This document shows positions 1 to 8,442 of a stretch of 64,000 nucleotides of DNA, in pieces (within the stretch, counting starts at the first letter, position 1; every line of letters begins with the position of its first letter). A program made the position numbers and the translations under genes. The stretch is taken from the NCBI GenBank assembly GCA_028285755.1, contig JANQOQ010000008.1, positions 897,399 through 961,398 on the forward strand, given 5' to 3'. The stretch is from Puniceicoccaceae bacterium (GTDB taxonomy: Bacteria; Verrucomicrobiota; Verrucomicrobiia; Opitutales; JAFGAQ01). The notes under the pieces were generated by a model that saw nothing but the letters and a program-made list of their open reading frames with translations, searched no databases and was not told the origin of the DNA.

Positions 1-966
1 TTCCTTAAAGAACGTTGCACACACCTGAGATGCTTTGCCGATCCAGGCTACATCAACCAGGTCATGTAACCCGTAGTACTGAAAAGCAAATGGCTTGGAG
101 AGGCGCCCAAAGGTCTGTACCTCATCTACCAATACCGCGATGCCATGATCCTTGCAGTATTGCATAATCGTGCGGAAAAAATCGGTATTGCCCGGGTAGA
201 AGCCGCCCTCTCCCTGTACCAGCTCAAAAAACATGGCGGCGTATTCGCCCGGATGTTCCTCTACCAAGGCATCGATTGCTGAAAGCGTCGCATTGGTGCT
301 GCCTTCCGGATCTTCCGGATCAAAGAAAGGCACATGATCAATGGGGAAGTATTCCGGCAGACCTTCTCGCAGGGCGGGCTTGTCATTGATTTGTGAGAAC
401 GCCAGAGTGCGTCCTGCAAAGCAGCGATTGAAAGCAAGGATACGTTTAGCCGGGCTTTTCTTTTGAAACGTAATCTTGAGTGCGTTTTCTCCGGACATCA
501 CTCCCGAGCTCGTTAAGTAACAATGATCAAACACATGACCCTCACGGTTAGCGAGGTTCAATAGCTTGCCGGTGAGCTCTGCAGAGGCGGTCGTCTGCTG
601 CACATGTCCCTGAATGAGTGTATCTTTCACAGCAGCATCCAGTGAGGAAGCGACGATTTCCGGGTGGCAATGCCCAAACTGATAAACCCCGATACCCGCA
701 ATAAAATCGTATTTGATACTACCATCCGCGAGCTCTACAAAAGGACCTGCGCCGATACCGGAGCCCAGGTAGGGAAAAATGAGGGTGCCCGCCCGATGTT
801 TCTGAAATACTTCCAGAATATCTTCGTATTTTTGGCGAAGCTCAGCGATCGGTGGGCGTATGCCAGTAATCCGGGACTGGTATTCAGCAAGAGACTCAAG
901 GATTTTACCTTTCGCCTGCTGATAGCTCGAATCTTCCAAAAATTGATCTGCCAATGTCTTATTCAT
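1..966 (-). CDS. class-III (PLP-dependent) aminotransferase, N-terminal part; C-terminus lies beyond the window edge
   Basis: Not in the ORF track because it is open at the window edge. My own minus-strand translation from the ATG at 966-964 reads MNKTLADQFLEDSSYQQAKGK...GIGVYQFGHCHPEIV...SSGVMSGENALKI...QGEGGFYPG...LVDEVQTFGRLSKPF...DVAWIGKASQV with no stop down to base 1. The DEVQTxxGR motif and the D..x.GK lysine context are class-III aminotransferase hallmarks. Confidence 0.7.
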   Translation of the reverse strand, partial: MNKTLADQFLEDSSYQQAKGKILESLAEYQSRITGIRPPIAELRQKYEDILEVFQKHRAGTLIFPYLGSGIGAGPFVELADGSIKYDFIAGIGVYQFGHCHPEIVASSLDAAVKDTLIQGHVQQTTASAELTGKLLNLANREGHVFDHCYLTSSGVMSGENALKITFQKKSPAKRILAFNRCFAGRTLAFSQINDKPALREGLPEYFPIDHVPFFDPEDPEGSTNATLSAIDALVEEHPGEYAAMFFELVQGEGGFYPGNTDFFRTIMQYCKDHGIAVLVDEVQTFGRLSKPFAFQYYGLHDLVDVAWIGKASQVCATFFKE

Positions 967-1010
967 GATTTACCTGATTTTGATCCATAAAGGAACCGCT
1001 GGAATTGCAA

Positions 1011-1042
1011 ACAAAATAAAAGCCCGGGGGTATGCCCGGGCT
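1011..1042 (-). terminator. rho-independent terminator after the sigma-factor gene
   Basis: Perfect 8-bp GC-rich stem AGCCCGGG (1021-1028) / CCCGGGCT (1035-1042). On the minus strand it is followed by TTTATTTTGT (1020-1011). It lies 33 nt downstream of the stop at 1075. Confidence 0.8.
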
Positions 1043-1074
1043 CTTTTGCAAGTTGGTAATATAGGTTTTAAATT

Positions 1075-2130
1075 TTACTCAGAATCAGATGATTTTTGCT
1101 GAATATACTCATTGATTACTTCAATGCGGCTGCGCTCAAGCTCCTCGGACTTTACTTCCTCGGCACTTCTCTGGCGCTCCTTTGTATACATGATCTTACG
1201 CATTTGACTGATTGCCATGTTTTGCAACTGGCGGACGCGCTCGCGTGTGATATCAAAAGCCTGCCCCACTTCTTCCAGGGTCTTTGCTTTTTCACCACCG
1301 ATACCAAATCGCATGCGAATGATCTCGGCTTCACGCGGTTCCAGTTGCGCAAGCATTTCATTCATGTCATCGTAAAGATTCTTGCTGCGTAATTTATCAA
1401 AAGGATTGATCGCATTTTCATCGCCGATGAGATCGCCAAATTCGGTATCATCCCCGTCACCGATGGGTGCATCCAGTGAAGCCGGGCGCACACTCACGCT
1501 TTTCAGATGTGCTACCTTGTTGACGGGAATCCCCATCTCCATGGCGATTTCTTCATCAGTCGGCTCACGGCCAAACTCGTCCTGCAATGCTGCAGTTACT
1601 TTGCGCATGGTTGCAATTTTATCAACCAGGTGCACCGGTAAGCGGATGGTCTTACCCTGGTTCGCGAGCGCACGTTTGATAGATTGCTTAATCCACCATG
1701 CAGCGTAGGTGCTGAGTTTACCTCCCTTATCAGGATCAAATCGTTCAATCGCTTTGATAAGGCCGATGTTACCTTCGCTGATAAGATCAAGGAGCGGTAG
1801 TCCAAAATTATTATAGTCGTAGGCTATTTTAACGACGAGCCTAAGGTTGGCAGCAATCATTTCATTGCGTGCTTCCATGTCACCCGACTTAATTCTGCGT
1901 GCGAGTGCAACCTCTTCCTCATAATTGAGAAGGGGTGTTTTGCCAATTTCCTGTAAGTAAAGCTTAATTGCGCTTTTCTCATTTTGAGGAAGATCCCTCA
2001 CATCCGTGACTTCATTGGCTGAACTCACATAGGGATCACGATCCAGTGAGCTGCGGCGCACACTGATGTTTTTGGGGTCCTTTTGACTATTGGCGGTTTG
2101 AGTTACGTTGATTCGGCTAGTGTATGACAT
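1075..2130 (-). CDS. RNA polymerase sigma-70 family factor, RpoD/SigA-like (regions 1.2 to 4)
   Basis: 351-aa ORF. Region 2 reads DLISEGNIGLIKAIERFDPDKGGKLSTYAAWWIKQSIKRAL, region 3 IRLPVHLVDKI, and the region 4.2 HTH TLEEVGQAFDITRERVRQLQNMAISQMRK. There is no long region 1.1, so group 1 versus group 2 is undecided. Confidence 0.9.
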   Translation of the reverse strand: MSYTSRINVTQTANSQKDPKNISVRRSSLDRDPYVSSANEVTDVRDLPQNEKSAIKLYLQEIGKTPLLNYEEEVALARRIKSGDMEARNEMIAANLRLVVKIAYDYNNFGLPLLDLISEGNIGLIKAIERFDPDKGGKLSTYAAWWIKQSIKRALANQGKTIRLPVHLVDKIATMRKVTAALQDEFGREPTDEEIAMEMGIPVNKVAHLKSVSVRPASLDAPIGDGDDTEFGDLIGDENAINPFDKLRSKNLYDDMNEMLAQLEPREAEIIRMRFGIGGEKAKTLEEVGQAFDITRERVRQLQNMAISQMRKIMYTKERQRSAEEVKSEELERSRIEVINEYIQQKSSDSE

Positions 2131-2185
2131 GGGACTCGATATTTAAGGTTAACTGCAGATAAATCGTGGAGATAAGAAAAACCTT

Positions 2186-2209
2186 ACAAATTAAATTAAA
2201 TTAATTTGT
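2186..2209. repeat. AT-rich inverted repeat ACAAATTA-N8-TAATTTGT between trpE stop and sigma-factor start
   Basis: Read directly: 2186-2193 ACAAATTA and 2202-2209 TAATTTGT are exact reverse complements. On the minus strand the repeat is followed by AAGGTTTTT, so it could be a weak trpE terminator or an operator in the sigma-factor promoter region. Confidence 0.25.
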
Positions 2210-2253
2210 GGATTAATTTTATTTATCCCCGAAATGACCTCCCTACCTTAACG

Positions 2254-3747
2254 TTAACGCAGAAATCCGAGTGATTGTTGCAAAGAATTTAAAATTCCTT
2301 TCGATTTATTTACGGTCTCAATATATTCGAACTCCGGATCCGAGTCTGCAACGATTCCGGCACCTGCCTGAAAAAAGGCTTTGCCGTCCTTCAGCATTGC
2401 CGTTCTGATTGCGATACATGAGTCGTGATTCCCATCGAACCCAAAGTATCCCATCGCTCCTGAGTACAGGCCGCGTTGGGTTTTCTCCAGTTCAGCGATG
2501 ATTTGCATGGCACGCACTTTGGGTGCTCCGGATATGGTGCCGGCAGGGAAAGTGGCTCTCAACAGATCAAAGGCATTTTTATCATCATCGAGTTCGCCGA
2601 ATACTTGCGAGACAATGTGCATGACGTGTGAGTATCGCTCAATGGTCATAAACTGTGGTATCTCGATACTCCCGATTTTGCAGACACGACCAATGTCATT
2701 GCGCGCCAGATCAACCAGCATCAGGTGCTCTGCTTTCTCCTTTTCATCCCCCAGCAGCTCCTTTTCGTAGGCGAGATCCTCCTCCCAGGATTTACCGCGG
2801 GGCCTTGTACCTGCGATGGGCCGTATCTCCACCTCGCCGTCTAGTACTTTCACGTGCACTTCGGGGGATGCACTGACGATCCCAAAGTTCGGGTTTTCCA
2901 AAAGCACCATGTAGGGTGAAGGGTTTACCACGCGCAAAGATCTGTAAAGGTCGAGCGGGGATAAGGGATAATCTGCGCTAAAGCGTTGGGAAATAACTCC
3001 CTGAAAAATATCCCCTTCCGTGATGTATTCTTTCACCCGTTTTACAGCATCCATGAAATTTTCTTTGGTGAAATTGCTTTCGACGGCTAATTCCTGAGTG
3101 TTACCGGGTACAAAAGGCTCGAGATTGTGATCGAGGGGTTGCTTGATTTGCTCTGCAAGTTTGCGGATTTGCTCAGTGGCTCGCTGATAGGCCAGCTTCG
3201 GATCTCCCTCTACATGGGCATTTGCACAAAGGGTGAGCGTTTGCTTGGCATGATCAAATATCACCAGCGTCTCCGTAATGAGGAAATAGGCAACTGGTGT
3301 ATCCCATATAGTATCATCCGGCTTAGGTACCGTATTTTCTACATGGTGGACATACTCATAGGCAATGTAGCCGACAGCACCCCCGGTAAAGGGCGGCGCA
3401 TTATGCTTTTTCTGCGGCGTTTTAACCTTCGAGAGGTAATCTTCAACGTAAGCAAGCGGGTCCTCACCGTTCTTCTGGACGTTTTCTTTGCCTGATTTGT
3501 CCTTAATGATCGTTTGCTCAGGAAAGATGGAGATTTCCTCTAGGGGATTGCATCCGATAAATGTGTAACGACCGATCGCATCCCCACCTACGATTGATTC
3601 GAGCATAAAGCTGGGCCCCTGGCCCCGCAACTTCGTGTAAGTGGTTAATGGAGTCTCAGTGTCTCCATAAAAATCGCAGAACACGGGCACCAGTGTATGC
3701 TCATTTGCCAGTTCGGCAAATTCATCAAACTCAGGATAAAATTTCAT
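2254..3747 (-). CDS. trpE: anthranilate synthase component I (chorismate-utilising enzyme family)
   Basis: 497 aa. Motifs LESIVGG..GRYTFIG, GAPKVRAMQIIAELE and GAGIVADSDPEFEYIET are present. The PabB and isochorismate synthase paralogues are not strictly excluded without a tree. Confidence 0.85.
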   Translation of the reverse strand: MKFYPEFDEFAELANEHTLVPVFCDFYGDTETPLTTYTKLRGQGPSFMLESIVGGDAIGRYTFIGCNPLEEISIFPEQTIIKDKSGKENVQKNGEDPLAYVEDYLSKVKTPQKKHNAPPFTGGAVGYIAYEYVHHVENTVPKPDDTIWDTPVAYFLITETLVIFDHAKQTLTLCANAHVEGDPKLAYQRATEQIRKLAEQIKQPLDHNLEPFVPGNTQELAVESNFTKENFMDAVKRVKEYITEGDIFQGVISQRFSADYPLSPLDLYRSLRVVNPSPYMVLLENPNFGIVSASPEVHVKVLDGEVEIRPIAGTRPRGKSWEEDLAYEKELLGDEKEKAEHLMLVDLARNDIGRVCKIGSIEIPQFMTIERYSHVMHIVSQVFGELDDDKNAFDLLRATFPAGTISGAPKVRAMQIIAELEKTQRGLYSGAMGYFGFDGNHDSCIAIRTAMLKDGKAFFQAGAGIVADSDPEFEYIETVNKSKGILNSLQQSLGFLR

Positions 3748-3751
3748 AATT

Positions 3752-5173
3752 CTACTCGATGCGTCGTAGCTGAATACTCTCCACTACTTTACTTCGAGCT
3801 AATACATTTGTGATTACCACGAGACGATCACCACTTTTTACCCACTTGTCCACCTTTAACATATGAAGCGCGTTTTGAATGCTTTCCTCGCGGTCCTGAG
3901 TGTAGGTGAAATAGAAAGGCGTAATTCCCCAGACGATATTCAATTGCCTGAAAAGGGCCTCTTCATCCGTAAATGCATAGATGGGGGTCTTACTCGAACG
4001 TAATGCCGACAGCAGCAACGGGTAACGCATCCCCCGGGTGAATACGACAATACCGGAGTTTTCGATTTCCTGCGCCAACATCGCCGCAGAACGCAGCATT
4101 TTTTCAGCCGCTGTATCGAGCTTAATCCAGTCTGCAGGCTTGGTCTTGATGATTCCCTCAGAGCGGCGGGCTACCTTATTCATCACACGCACACATTCCA
4201 GAGGATACCTGCCAACGGTAGTTTCACCTGAGAGCATCATGCAGTCGGCGCGTTGAACCACGGCATTAAATACGTCCGATACTTCAGCGCGGGTGGGTAC
4301 CGGTGCAGAAATCATGGATTCCAGCATGTGGGTGGCCACAATAGCAGGTTTGAAATTTTGTATGCATAGGCGGATTGCATCTTTCTGGATTAGAGGAAGT
4401 TCCTCATAGGGGCATTCAATACCCAAGTCACCCCGGGCCACCATCAACCCATCCGATGCGATTACGATATCTTCGAGATTGCGGATGGCAGTCTGATCTT
4501 CGATTTTTGCGATAATTCTCGCCTTGGAGTGCCTTTGGGAAAGAAAACGCCGGAGCAGCTCGATATCACCCGCTTCGCGAACAAAAGAAAGAGCGAAAAA
4601 GTCAAACTCCTGCTCGATACCGAAGGTTACGTCTTTTTTGTCCTTATTAGTAAGGGAGGGAAGATCCACGTGTACTCCTGGTAGATTAACGTGTCTGCGA
4701 TTACCCATCTCACCGGGTGTTTCTACTTCTGCGCGAATGCGGTTCTCTGTTTTTTCGAGAACCTTCAGGCGAATAAGGCCGCTGTCTACCAGTAAATCAT
4801 CCCCGGGCTTCAGGTCTTGTATTAGCTTTGGGTAGTTGACCGTTACCTGAGGGATGTCGGCTTCTGCTTTAACGCTATCATCAACAATGAAATCCATTAA
4901 GTCCCCCTTTTTCAGGTCTAAGGGTCCGGGCAGATCACCGGTGCGGATTTCCGGGCCCTTTACGTCCATCATCAGTGCAATTTGCTTGCCGACCCGTTGG
5001 CTGGCCCTGCGTATTTTGGTAATACAGTTCTTGATCCATTCGTGGGAAGCATGAGCCATATTGAAGCGACATACATCCACACCCTCTTTGATGAGTTGTT
5101 CGAGGGTTTCTTCGTCGGCGGTTGCGGGTCCTATGGTAAATATAACTTTGGTAAGCCTGTATTTATCTCGCAT
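3752..5173 (-). CDS. pyk: pyruvate kinase
   Basis: 473 aa with motifs MMDVKGPEIRTG, MVARGDLGIE and SGETTVGRYP. Its stop lies 4 nt upstream of the trpE start. Confidence 0.93.
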   Translation of the reverse strand: MRDKYRLTKVIFTIGPATADEETLEQLIKEGVDVCRFNMAHASHEWIKNCITKIRRASQRVGKQIALMMDVKGPEIRTGDLPGPLDLKKGDLMDFIVDDSVKAEADIPQVTVNYPKLIQDLKPGDDLLVDSGLIRLKVLEKTENRIRAEVETPGEMGNRRHVNLPGVHVDLPSLTNKDKKDVTFGIEQEFDFFALSFVREAGDIELLRRFLSQRHSKARIIAKIEDQTAIRNLEDIVIASDGLMVARGDLGIECPYEELPLIQKDAIRLCIQNFKPAIVATHMLESMISAPVPTRAEVSDVFNAVVQRADCMMLSGETTVGRYPLECVRVMNKVARRSEGIIKTKPADWIKLDTAAEKMLRSAAMLAQEIENSGIVVFTRGMRYPLLLSALRSSKTPIYAFTDEEALFRQLNIVWGITPFYFTYTQDREESIQNALHMLKVDKWVKSGDRLVVITNVLARSKVVESIQLRRIE

Positions 5174-5199
5174 AAAGGAATTTCGGTTAATTGATCGTA

Positions 5200-5229
5200 G
5201 TTAAATCGACCGTATTGGGCGCTTGTCAA
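5200..5229 (-). promoter_or_regulatory. candidate sigma-70-type promoter for pyk-trpE
   Basis: The minus strand reads TTGACA (5229-5224), then 18 nt, then TTTAAC (5205-5200), about 27 nt upstream of the pyk ATG (5173). The -35 element is perfect and the -10 element matches 4 of 6 positions. The promoter consensus of this phylum is unknown to me. Confidence 0.3.
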
Positions 5230-5257
5230 CGGTGATTGCGCAGAAATCGATTTAACG

Positions 5258-6109
5258 CTAAAGTAATTCAGTTCGCTCGCTGTGAGGATTATGAATACTA
5301 ATTGCCACATGTGAACCCAGCTGCTCCTTTACGAAAGCGAACTGGCTGCGAATGGCTTCCACTGAGTTACAGTCTTTGCTGACATGGGCAATGATAATCT
5401 CCCGGAGCTGTGAATCCTTGAGGTGATGCACCAAGTCACTGGCATGTTGATTGGATAAGTGACCATGCCTCCCCAGGATGCGTTGCTTAACGGACCAGGG
5501 CCTTTTGGCATCCATTTCGAGCAGGTCATTATCGTAATTGGCCTCAAGGATGAGGGTGCGACTGCTTTTAAGTTTATCTCGTATCAGATTTGTGACATAT
5601 CCGACATCCAAGAGCCAGGTTATGGATTCATACGGAGTAAATAGATCTTCACCGCCCCAGCTGAAGTTATAGCCAACCGGATCCGCCGCATCGTGGGGAA
5701 TGGAAAATGCCTCTACATTGAGGTTGTTGAACTGGAATTGGCTGCCCGTCTCGAATATGGACCATTGGCACTGGCTTTTCTTATCAAAGTTGATCGCTTC
5801 GTAGGTCGCACGATTGGCCACCCAATTCAGGTGTTTGTATTTATACAAGCTCTTTATGCCGCAGGTATGGTCACTATGTTCATGGGTTATGAATACCGCG
5901 TCAATCTCTTCGATACTCAGTTGATTCGCAGCGAGCAGCTCTCGGATACGCTTGCCGGAAAATCCCACATCGACCAGGATTTTACAGGTATCGCTCATTA
6001 TCAGGCCACAGTTTCCTGCACTGCTGGACCCTAAAATTTTGAAGCTTTTGGGCGTTTCGTCGTCCTTATTAGTAGCGTTGAGTGATTTATCTGAGAGCGC
6101 TTCGGCCAT
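5258..6109 (-). CDS. MBL-fold metallo-hydrolase (YycJ/PhnP-like)
   Basis: 283 aa with the HxHxDH motif in FITHEHSDHTCG and a later HGHLSN histidine motif. Confidence 0.8.
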   Translation of the reverse strand: MAEALSDKSLNATNKDDETPKSFKILGSSSAGNCGLIMSDTCKILVDVGFSGKRIRELLAANQLSIEEIDAVFITHEHSDHTCGIKSLYKYKHLNWVANRATYEAINFDKKSQCQWSIFETGSQFQFNNLNVEAFSIPHDAADPVGYNFSWGGEDLFTPYESITWLLDVGYVTNLIRDKLKSSRTLILEANYDNDLLEMDAKRPWSVKQRILGRHGHLSNQHASDLVHHLKDSQLREIIIAHVSKDCNSVEAIRSQFAFVKEQLGSHVAISIHNPHSERTELL

Positions 6110-6179
6110 TTATTAGATTGAATGATTGAAAGATACGTTCTTACTGTGTCCCTGAAATTGACGCATACCCATAGCATTT

Positions 6180-6944
6180 GTGAGCAAATCCCTGACATTA
6201 ATACTACATGAGCTGAAGGCTCAATGGTCCTCATCATCCACATATGTGGCGGGATTTGTGTTCATGATACCAGTGGTATTATTTTATTGGGTAATCATCA
6301 AGGATTATTCCGAAATGGACAATATGGAATTTCCCATGGTGGTATTTTATCAGCTATTCTGGATACCCAACCTCTTTGTTATTCCGCTTTTGACGATGCG
6401 CAGTATATCTGAGGAACGGCGTATGGGGACATTGGAAACTTTGATGACCACGCCGATCACATCGTTTCAGATCGTATTATCTAAGTTTGTGTCTGCTTTT
6501 TGCACCTATCTAATTTTTTGGCTCATAACGCTCTTTTTCTCACCGATCACCAGTTGGGTTGCAGGTTCGTCCACAACAATGGGGGATCTTGCAAACTCTG
6601 CGAGCTTGCTGGGCAGTATGCTGTTTATCGCGATTTCAGGAGCCTGCTTTGTGAGTATTGGTATTTTCAGCAGCAGCCTGACACGAAGCCAGTTGGTTGC
6701 GGGAATGTTGTCATTCACCGGCATTTTTCTGGTATTGGTGAGTGGGCGCTTGTTTGCTGAGATCCCGCTTACTGTGGAGCAATCCCTGTTTGACCTGGGG
6801 GCAGTCTTACACTACTTTCAGAGTTTTGAACACTTCGATATGTTTGCCAATGGCATTATCGATCTACGCCCCTTTATCTATTATCTCAGTGCTACTATTC
6901 TATTGTTAGCCATTTCAACCCAAGTAGTTGAGCAAAAAACCTGA
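6180..6944 (+). CDS. ABC-2 type transporter permease (GldF-like)
   Basis: 254 aa with a GTG start and multiple hydrophobic helices. The motif SISEERRMGTLETLMTTP is typical of ABC-2 family permeases. Confidence 0.7.
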   Translation: MSKSLTLILHELKAQWSSSSTYVAGFVFMIPVVLFYWVIIKDYSEMDNMEFPMVVFYQLFWIPNLFVIPLLTMRSISEERRMGTLETLMTTPITSFQIVLSKFVSAFCTYLIFWLITLFFSPITSWVAGSSTTMGDLANSASLLGSMLFIAISGACFVSIGIFSSSLTRSQLVAGMLSFTGIFLVLVSGRLFAEIPLTVEQSLFDLGAVLHYFQSFEHFDMFANGIIDLRPFIYYLSATILLLAISTQVVEQKT

Positions 6945-6953
6945 TCGCATTTC

Positions 6954-8435
6954 ATGGCACCCAGGCACAGACTTGATGAATTCCGACTTGCTCGAAAACT
7001 CGTGTTTCTCAACCGTTTCACGCAGAGTATTCTTTTGGTATTGCTTGTCCTGGGGATAAATATCTTTGCGATCCGGTTTATCTACGTGTGGGATATTACT
7101 GAGAATAATACAAATACACTCAGTCCGGAAACCATTGCTTACATGCAACGCATTGATGATCCCGTTGTCATCTACGTGCTTGTATCCCCGAATTTTGAAC
7201 TGGAGGGAAATTTTAATCTATTGGACAATCTGAAGTCCTTGATGAACCGCTATCTGGTGGCTGCGAATCAATTGGATTTAGATGGATTTCGGGTGGTTTA
7301 TATAGACCCTTATACCGAACGGGAAGCCGTGCTGCAGCTCAAGGAGCAATTCAACTCGCTTGAGGATAATTCTGTGCTGGTCTTATCCCATGATCGAAGC
7401 CAAATCATTGATGTCAGCGAGTTCTTTGAGGAGGCAGCGGATGGGGATTGGTTGTTTAATGGGGAAATGCTGGTTACCTCCGCGATTCTCGAAGTGGTCA
7501 ACCCTGTACCCCAAACGATTCTTTTTACGGTAGGCCATGGAGAAATGCGGCTGAATGATACGGATGGTCGCAATGGACTTTCAGAGGTCTCTCAGTTTTT
7601 ATCGCAGCGTTCTTTTGAGTTGGGTGAATTTGATATCAGCCAATATGAAACGATCCCACAAGATATAGACTTGCTGGTGATTGCTAATCCGCAAAGGCAG
7701 TTTGTGGATCAGGATATCGAAAAATTGCGGCAATATCTCGAAAACGGATACGGCAGTGTTATTTTGTTTAAGGATAGTTTTTCGGAGCACTCATTTGGTA
7801 GACTCTTTGCTGATTGGGGGATTTGGACTGAGCCATCCGCGATCATCGATCCCGGCCCTGACTATCAGGCGGTATCCGGTAATTTGTTGTTGCGCAGATT
7901 TGCCACCCATCCCATTACCCAGGGCCTCATCGATCAAAAATTGTATCTTTACAGTCGACAACCAAGGCCCGTTATGCCTTCGCCGCAACCAGCTCTGCTT
8001 TCGGGTGTGACGCTCGAGCCCCTGGTGGCAAGCTCCACTACGAGCTGGATCGAACGTTCGTTAGGCAGTGACCAGCTCCCGCGCTATGATGCAGATCGGG
8101 ATACTAGGGGGCCCGTTCCCCTGGTTATCCTAGCTGAGCGTGAAGGCGGAGAAAATTTGGGTTTGAATCTGAGAGGCGGTAAGCTGATCGTAATTGGCGA
8201 TAGCAGTCTCATTTCTAACGAACTCTTTCAGCTATCGGGAAACCGCTTGTTTATTTTAAATTGTATTCATTGGTGCGCGCAGAGTGAATACCTTCTAAAT
8301 GTTATGCCCGCTGAACTTGCTACGTATCGTTTGAGTCTAAGTGAGCAAGATTTGTATCGACTGCTTATCTATTTATTAATCATACCGTTAGTGTTTCTAA
8401 TATTAGCGGTGACTATGCGCATCTTACGCCGATAA
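6954..8435 (+). CDS. GldG-like ABC-transport auxiliary protein
   Basis: 493 aa with N-terminal and C-terminal TM anchors and a large central domain. It begins DITENNTNTLSPETIAYM...VVIYVLVS, as in GldG-family proteins, and follows the ABC-2 permease with a 9-nt gap. Confidence 0.65.
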   Translation: MAPRHRLDEFRLARKLVFLNRFTQSILLVLLVLGINIFAIRFIYVWDITENNTNTLSPETIAYMQRIDDPVVIYVLVSPNFELEGNFNLLDNLKSLMNRYLVAANQLDLDGFRVVYIDPYTEREAVLQLKEQFNSLEDNSVLVLSHDRSQIIDVSEFFEEAADGDWLFNGEMLVTSAILEVVNPVPQTILFTVGHGEMRLNDTDGRNGLSEVSQFLSQRSFELGEFDISQYETIPQDIDLLVIANPQRQFVDQDIEKLRQYLENGYGSVILFKDSFSEHSFGRLFADWGIWTEPSAIIDPGPDYQAVSGNLLLRRFATHPITQGLIDQKLYLYSRQPRPVMPSPQPALLSGVTLEPLVASSTTSWIERSLGSDQLPRYDADRDTRGPVPLVILAEREGGENLGLNLRGGKLIVIGDSSLISNELFQLSGNRLFILNCIHWCAQSEYLLNVMPAELATYRLSLSEQDLYRLLIYLLIIPLVFLILAVTMRILRR

Positions 8436-8442
8436 TCCAAAA

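Noticed and set aside
664-990. A 108-aa plus-strand ORF, and many similar 60-170-aa ORFs in the track (for example 16122-16595, 18847-19272, 25419-25940, 35964-36407, 58356-58745, 59718-60164, 63280-63708) that overlap larger genes.
   Set aside because: All lie antisense or out of frame inside long ORFs that carry unmistakable family motifs. Their translations are Ser/Arg/Pro/Leu/Cys-rich and low in complexity, with no motifs. They are typical shadow ORFs.
2254-5173. pyk immediately followed (4-nt gap) by trpE with no trpG/trpD nearby, considered as a possible unusual fusion operon.
   Set aside because: Scattered trp genes and mixed housekeeping operons are frequent outside Proteobacteria. 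Both proteins look canonical. The arrangement is odd but not evidence of a new system.
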